From the IMG/VR virus record IMGVR_UViG_3300044858_004394, positions 5,748-69,747 of that record: a DNA stretch of 64,000 nt. One strand, 5' to 3'. A program made the translations under genes and the position numbers. The stretch is from a virus. Of this stretch, positions 57,701 to 64,000 are shown one piece after another. How positions within the stretch are numbered: the stretch's first letter is position 1; each line of letters starts with the position of its first letter. The notes under the pieces are model-generated. The model had not been told where the DNA came from, searched no databases, and saw nothing but the letters and a program-made list of their open reading frames with translations.

Positions 57701-60700
57701 CTGATGGCTCCGATGGCGTTGTAGGCGTCGATTACTCGCTGGCGGTTGGTCATGGCTGCACTGCTTTCTTGGACGCGACTGCCTCGTTCACGATTTGCAC
57801 CGCGCGGCGCTTGGCTGCGCCTACAGACCTGAACGCCCCGACAAACTCGCCGCCATGCTTGAGCGAGATGCAGCGCCCGTCCGCAGAGCGGAAGAAGCGA
57901 ATGACGAACACCCCGCCAGAGCCGCCGTCTCCGTAAACGCCACGGCTCTTCACATCGCTTCCAAAGATGAGCGAGTCTGCCCACGCAATCGGCGAATGTC
58001 TTTTGCTCATCGCCCAGACCTCCCTTCAAGTCCAGTCCCGGCGGCGACCGCCACCGACATCATTTATACGCATCTGCCTACCGCGTTGTTCGCCGATCAA
58101 TTCACTGCCGGGAGCGCTCGCCGCATGGCTGCGGCCTTGCGCTCGATGTGTCTCTGGATGGCCTCTGCCTGCGAGACGCGACCGGCCTCGCGCTCTCTGC
58201 GCGAGTAGCACGCAAGCAGCCGTACCGCCGACTCCAGTTCGTGATAAAGCTCCGGGGCAGACTCGCATAGCGTTCTGTCGGCCTTGCTCAACGGCCATCC
58301 GTGAACAGTCCTGAAGTTCGTCTCCATCGCGCTCGCTCCTTTCCTCATGTTGCCTACTGAAGCCCGACCGAAACCATCGCCGCATCTACAGCCCGCTCGA
58401 CGGCGTCATTCACTCCGTAGTCGCTGATTACGTCCTCGCCGTTTCCAAGCACAAGGAACACCCACGACTTTCCAAGGATGATGTGAGCCTCATCGACGGC
58501 GAAGATGGCCTCCATCGCATCCTTGGGGCTGTCGCAAGGAATCCGCTCGCCGCCGTCATCGACGACGACTTTGACTCCGGGAAACTCCGCGGCGAGATGG
58601 TGGAGCAGCGCCCACGCGATCTGCCGCTCGACAATGTGGCTGGCCTTGAGAACCCGGTCCGCTATGTCCTGCCGGTCAACGTCAAGCCGCGGAACCGGCG
58701 GAATCGAAACTGCGTTCATGATCGCCTCCCTCTCTCGTTTGTGGTTAGTCCAACTCCTCGATCCTCTCGTCACATTCGTATTGGCTGTCGGTGAAAATCT
58801 CCGGGCGGTACTTCGCCCTCAACTTGGCCTCGCACGCGCGGCAGCACCGACCGACCGGGATGCCGCGAGCATCGTACAGCGTTTGCGGGTACTGCCCGCT
58901 GCCGCAGTGACAAATCTTCCGCGGCCTTGATAGATCGAGGTAGTACCTGTTGGCGTTGCCTTGCATCGGAGCCTCCCTCACTCGCAACTATCTTCGCCGA
59001 ACAGCGGTTCGGTCACCCGAACAATCGCGTCACACTCTTGACCATGTCGTTTCTGGAACTACTTCGCAGCGGCCATCGACTCCGCCTTGCCCTTGGCGTC
59101 CGCGAGCGACTTGCAGCGGACGGTCCGCTTGCCCGCGCGGATGTACCACTCGCCGCCGGGGCGGCAGGGGTCTTCCGGAAGGACGCTCCACTTCACGCCG
59201 GCCGGGAGGCCCGTGACGGCGTAGAACGTGATCGCGCCCATGTTCGTTCCGAGCGCCACCTTCTTGAATCCGACCTTCGCCATTGCCGTCTCCCTCATCT
59301 CGCGGCGGTCGCCCCGCCGACACCTCTTATACGCATGTGCCAACCATTGTGTTCGATGGCCGGCGGATTTTCAAGCCGCCTGTTTCGCGGCGAAAACGCT
59401 CAAGTGGCTGCCGCGCCATCAGGTTCTCTGTCCTCGGACGGAGCCAGTTCCTGACCAGCGAGCGACAGAAGCTCATCAGCACGGCTGCGCAACCGCAAGG
59501 CAAGCGCGACACGCGCATCTGCCGCTTTCTTGAACACATCGGTGTGCCGGAAAGTGCTGATGCCGCTCCACGGGCCGTCTCCCCAGCGGACTCGATAGTT
59601 GATGCCGTCGCTGTCTCCGTACGAACTGGTGATGACTCCGGACTCGACAGTCCAGTCAGCGGCGCGAACGACCCACACCTTGTTCCCTCTCTTGATCGCC
59701 TCCATCGAATTGCTCCGAACAATGCCTTATACGCACATGACAACATATCTGTTCTCAAGAGCGGGGCCAGTCAAGGCTGCTCAATCGCGCGAGCCATAAC
59801 GTCTCGATCCCACAGCCGGCCGTCCGTCAGATTGAACTGCCCCATGACAGGGCAGAGCTTGACGGCCTTCGCCTTGACGTAGACCGCCATGATGCGAGCC
59901 GCCTCATCGGCCGTGAAGCCGAACTGCTCGATGACCGCCTCGCGGAATCTGGCGGCGGCGGCATCCCTCCTATCGAGCAGCGGCCTCGCGATCTTGTACT
60001 TGTTCATCGGTCGCTCCTCCATACTGACGGCTTGGAAGTGCCACCCGTTTCGCAGCTTGCGGCGGGCCGGGTGGCCCCACCCTTTGATCACAGCACCCAG
60101 TCGTTGATCTCCCTGACAGCCGCGGCGTACCCGGCGGCCTTGGCTTCGTGAACGGCCCGCTGGAACCCGTCGCCTCCGAAGTTGCCGACCATCAGCAACA
60201 CCTCGTCGAGGCACCGCTTCACGCCGGCGTCAACGGCCTCGCGATCCGAAGCGTAACCGTGTCGCTTGCCGACCCTTTCAAGGCATCCTTGAACAACCCA
60301 GAACGCCTCGGACTTGTATTGCGCCTCGATCACGCTCTCGCACCACGCTACGGCGTCCGCAGGGTTTGCCGCGTCGCGACCGAACTTCTCGTGCGATCGG
60401 GCATAGGCGTCCCGCACCCGCGCGAAACGCTCGACGAAGCGCCCCCTGACTCCGTTCTCCACAGCCGCTTCTGGCATCGCATCACCCTCCCTTCCCGTTT
60501 CTCTCGCGGCGGAACGCCCGCCGACATCTGTTATACGCATCTGCCGAGTTGTTGTTCGGTCGCTCGCTCACGGCGACCGTCGATTCATACGCCCAGCATC
60601 GCCGCAAGCCGCTCGATGATCGGCGCGAGCTTGTCCGCGATCTGCGGATAATCCTCCATCAAGTCCTGAAGGTCGTGGAGGATGTCGTCCGCTTCCTTCC

Positions 60701-60999
60701 TCGCCCAGTTGATTTCTCCCGGCATAGTCATCTCCTCCCTTGCTCAAGGTTTCGCTTGCAGTCCTCGCACCGGCACGGCTCTGCCCATCGCACAGCCTTC
60801 GCCAATTCTTCCACCGAATACTCGTGACAGGCGTGTGAGTCGCTCGCGGGGCATCGCCATCCGGGCTTGAGGTAAGCCCACACGCCGTTGCCGTCGCCGT
60901 AAGACTCTCCCGGCCTGCGCTCGTCGCTGATTCTTTCAACCTTTCTGTTGCGCGACAGAGCGGCCAGCTTTCTGTCCATCTGCCCACCTCCTGCCTCAG

Positions 61000-61512
61000 T
61001 TATTCTCCCGCGATCACCTTCTCGATCCGCTTCAGGTGCCGGGCCTTGCCCGCCGCACCGCACATCGGCAGCACTCGCTTCAGGTCTTCGATCAGGCTCC
61101 GCTCTTCGCCCCACGGGAGCCGGACCACCTGCTCGACAAGGACCGCCGGCGGGTCGGCCAGAATCGCATCGAGCCGCTCTTGAACGGCCTTGGCCTTGGC
61201 CTTGGCCTTCTCCTGCCGCTTCTCCCGCTCAAACTGCTCGACCTCGCGAGGCACACGCTCGCCGGCCTCAATGTATGCCCGCCGGACGCAGTCGCAACCG
61301 ACCTCAAACCGCTTGCCGCACGCGGCGCGGATTTTGAAGCACTCCTTGATGCCCTGACCGCAGTAGTCGCAGACGCCCATCGGCTGACCGGGAGCGCCGA
61401 CCATCATGCCGTTCGCGAGGTGAATCGGCCCGACGCGGGACTCGACACCGACGACGCGGAACGGGTATTGCCCCAGACCCGCGACTTCCCAAGGATGATT
61501 CGACTGTTTCAT
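61000..61512 (-). CDS. Hypothetical Zn-finger protein
   Basis: HPWEVAGLG...CDYCG...VGCDC. Confidence 0.6.
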   Translation of the reverse strand: MKQSNHPWEVAGLGQYPFRVVGVESRVGPIHLANGMMVGAPGQPMGVCDYCGQGIKECFKIRAACGKRFEVGCDCVRRAYIEAGERVPREVEQFEREKRQEKAKAKAKAVQERLDAILADPPAVLVEQVVRLPWGEERSLIEDLKRVLPMCGAAGKARHLKRIEKVIAGE

Positions 61513-62744
61513 TTTGACTCCTCCGGGCGGCAACCGCCGCCACACCCTTTATACGCACCTGCCAGTAATTGGTTCGCGCTTGTTTCGGCCGGCGGTCACA
61601 CAACCGCGAGTCGCTCGACCGGCCACGATCCACGCTTGCCGTCGAAGAACGCCACGTAGGCGTAGTTCTTGAGGGCGCCGTCGAGGCCGTCAACCTCTTG
61701 GTGGAGGCTGATGACCCTGCCGCGGCCGATCCGGGCAGAGTGCGCGTTCGGCTTGCCGTTCGGGCCGACAGAGAAAACCACGGCCCCCACTGCCACCTTC
61801 TTCTGACTCATTGCTTCTGCCTCCGTTCACTTTGCCGACCGTTCGCCGCGCCGCCCCGGCAACGCACCGGGGCGGCTTTCCGATTCAGTCGCGGCAGACG
61901 TACTTCACGCTGATCGAGACACCGCTGCCGGAGAACCTCTCGCGGACACTGGCCTCCGCTGCGTTGATCGCGTCGCGCCCCAGCGGGGCATCGACAAAGC
62001 CAGCCGCAGCCTCGTACCGATACCGGGGGTAGCGGTTCCGGCCGTACACCTTGTAACCGGCGAGCTTCCGATAAATCTGATCCGGGCGAAACCCGGCCTT
62101 CTTGAGCGGTCCCTTGCGGTCACACGACGCCATGATCATCCAGAAGTCGAACTGATTCATCACTCGTCACCTCCCGTTTCTTTCCGGCGGTCACTCCCGC
62201 CATAGATTATACGCACCTGCCAGTAATTGGTTCGCGAGCTTCAAGAAGGAGGGGCGGGGCTTATCCGGCATTAGCACCCGCCCGTGGCTTCTTCGTGGCT
62301 TTCGCCAAAACAGCCGGAAGCCGTGTCTCGTCACCGACCGGCCCGACGCCACAGCGCGGCCCGCGCGGCCCGCCAAGCGTCCCGGTCAACGGCGTAGAGG
62401 GCGTTGACCCTCGCAACCTCCGCGGCGTAGTCGAATCGAACCATGCCAACCACGGCATCGACATGCCGATCAAACCCGAACCACGCCGCAAAACCCCTCA
62501 GAGCAGACATCGCAACCTCCTCGCGGGGGCGACCACCGCCCTCACCGCATAGGTTATACGCGAATGCCGATAATAAGGTTCGCAGGCTGGCAGCTTTTTC
62601 GCGCAGAAAAGAGCCTCCAGAATGCCGGCGGAGCCGCCCGGACTCGCTAGGGTGGCCCGGAGGCCGCGGGCCGTGCTTGCAGTGCCTCAGAGGAGCCGGC
62701 TTCGCAGGGTCGCCGGCGGCCCCCGGAGAGATATAGCCTGAAGG

Positions 62745-63386
62745 CTATTTCGCGCGGCGCTTCGCGGCGGGGGTGGCCGGCGGCGGAGCAGGGGGAGTCT
62801 CAGTCGGCTTGTCGATGCGAACAGCGAGGTATCGCGTCCTGAATCCGGATGTCGATTCCCACACCTCAGAAACGCGATGGCCGCCGGCCGGCTCCAGCGA
62901 CAGGAAGTGATTGAGAGACAAACCGACAAGGTACTCCGTGAACGCCGGCGACAGCGGCCAGTCGCCGGGAATCCCAAGCGACCGCAGCACGGTCTTCGGC
63001 ATCTTCATGCCGGTTCCTCGCCCGCGGGTCGCGGTGCCGATGGTCATGAACACAGTCGTCGGCTCGACAACGTTCGGCAGCAGACCCTCCCAGTGATCCC
63101 ACGGCATGCCGTAGGTGTCGATGTCGATGACGTTGCACCGCAGGTCCGGCTGGCACACGATCCGCCGCGAGTCCACCGCGAGCCGGCCGCGCTTCGGCTT
63201 CACATCGACGCCCCAGTAGCTCGTCACCGGGAACTCGGCCTTGAGCCGCGACCATATGACGCCGCCGCCTTGGCAACAGTCGAAGACACGGATGTCGCCG
63301 GCCGCGTGGTATCGCCGCAGCGCGTGACGCCGCAGTTCAAGCTTGCTCTTGAGCAGAGCGTTGTCAGTCCTTGTCGGCGCCGTCAT
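62745..63386 (-). CDS. Methyltransferase-like hypothetical protein
   Basis: VFDCCQGGG motif I-like; VIDIDTYG. Confidence 0.5.
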   Translation of the reverse strand: MTAPTRTDNALLKSKLELRRHALRRYHAAGDIRVFDCCQGGGVIWSRLKAEFPVTSYWGVDVKPKRGRLAVDSRRIVCQPDLRCNVIDIDTYGMPWDHWEGLLPNVVEPTTVFMTIGTATRGRGTGMKMPKTVLRSLGIPGDWPLSPAFTEYLVGLSLNHFLSLEPAGGHRVSEVWESTSGFRTRYLAVRIDKPTETPPAPPPATPAAKRRAK

Positions 63387-63954
63387 TCACGGTACTCAGG
63401 ATTGTCGCGTCGGGCACCGCCGCAATCGCATCGACAGCCGATTGAATCTCGCCGTATCGAACAGTCGGCACGCCGACCAAAACCCACGCCATCTTTGGCG
63501 GCGCCTTGGCATCGACCTGCTTGACCTCGACATCGCCGCCTTCCAGCAGCCCGTTTTCCTTTGCCAAATCCTCCCACATCGAGGCGAGCGAGGAGTCGCC
63601 CGTCTGCACATCGCGGAGCAGACCTTCCAGAGCCTGCGCGTTCGTCTCCGCCAACTGCGCGAGCGGGTCGAGCGAGAGCAGGAGCTTGTCGGCCTCCGCC
63701 TCCGTGATGTCGAGAATCAAAACGGGTACTTCCTGATCCGGGGTCGCGCCGGCCCGGAGGTGGCCGTCCACGAGCATGAGCGATCCGTCGGGCAATTCGC
63801 GTGCGAGCAGGGCATCGGCGTAGCCGATTTCCCCGAGGATGCCCTTCAGGGCCTCCTCTTGAGCCTTGGGATGCGTTCGCCAGTTGCGTGGGTTCGGAGT
63901 CAGGTCGCCCGCGCGGACCCGCCGAAGCTCGCGTATGCGGTCCCGTATTTTCAT
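63364..63954 (-). CDS. ParB/Srx-like N-terminal domain protein
   Basis: LTPNPRNWRTH...LVDGHLR. Confidence 0.85.
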   Translation of the reverse strand: MKIRDRIRELRRVRAGDLTPNPRNWRTHPKAQEEALKGILGEIGYADALLARELPDGSLMLVDGHLRAGATPDQEVPVLILDITEAEADKLLLSLDPLAQLAETNAQALEGLLRDVQTGDSSLASMWEDLAKENGLLEGGDVEVKQVDAKAPPKMAWVLVGVPTVRYGEIQSAVDAIAAVPDATILSTVNDGADKD

Positions 63955-64000
63955 GCCAAAAACCCCCCCCTACGAAAAGTCGCGGACGCGCCGGCGTGGC

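Larger units (their letters stand above)
53015..62510 (-). other. Array of about 30 short hypothetical early genes
   Basis: Tightly packed minus-strand ORFs with GGAG RBS and ATGA overlaps, e.g. 53015-53239, 53269-53439, 53436-53741, 53738-53980, 54003-54314, 54883-55179, 55390-55743, 55946-56176, 56173-56415, 57424-57753, 57750-58010, 58354-58719, 59059-59283, 59400-59705, 59771-60007, 60088-60477, 61596-61811, 61885-62163, 62331-62510. Confidence 0.7.
50611..62582 (-). promoter_or_regulatory. 11 dispersed copies of the promoter motif CGAAC-N8/9-GGCA(G/T)(A/G)TGCGTATAA
   Basis: Plus-strand ttatacgc...tg(c/a)c-N8/9-gttc starting at 50611, 52272, 54356, 57391, 58064, 59327, 59727, 60531, 61549, 62207 and 62554; each lies just upstream of a minus-strand gene start. 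Confidence 0.85.

Noticed and set aside
50611-62582. CRISPR array
   Set aside because: Repeats are degenerate, hundreds to thousands of nt apart and each precedes a gene, which fits promoters
63955-64000. cos site / genome end
   Set aside because: Plausible from the position upstream of the ParB-like gene, but the window ends here and nothing in the sequence confirms it

Overview
The window is most of a GC-rich, HK97-like siphophage or prophage genome with nearly all genes on the minus strand. The host is unknown; a Planctomycetota host is only my impression from the style of the tail and small proteins. Right to left (direction of transcription): ParB-like gene; about 13 kb of small early/accessory genes driven by 11 copies of a conserved promoter, most followed by a hairpin, including an amidoligase/GATase/GGCT trio and LPD1; terS and terL; a very long portal followed by an effector array; prohead protease, capsid, head-tail and tail genes; a plus-strand tyrosine integrase; a replication module (SNF2 helicase, primase-polymerase, UvrD, DNA MTase, beta clamp); and a methyltransferase/radical SAM/glycosyltransferase cluster. 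The three main signals are these. (1) The portal and the next four ORFs lie in one reading frame and carry effector-like domains (4 HExxH peptidases, ParB-like, RelA/SpoT-like, Ntox46/Tse6-like, HAD); all but the HAD domain are preceded by a repeated RAFCP...DN(S/T)C tag (8 copies). A Tsi6-like immunity gene with its own early-type promoter lies downstream. (2) terL is split inside Walker B by an exact 50-nt hairpin insert bounded by matching CTG codons, which suggests translational bypassing. (3) The tape measure gene has a single in-frame TAG. All annotations come from reading motifs by eye; no database searches were run.
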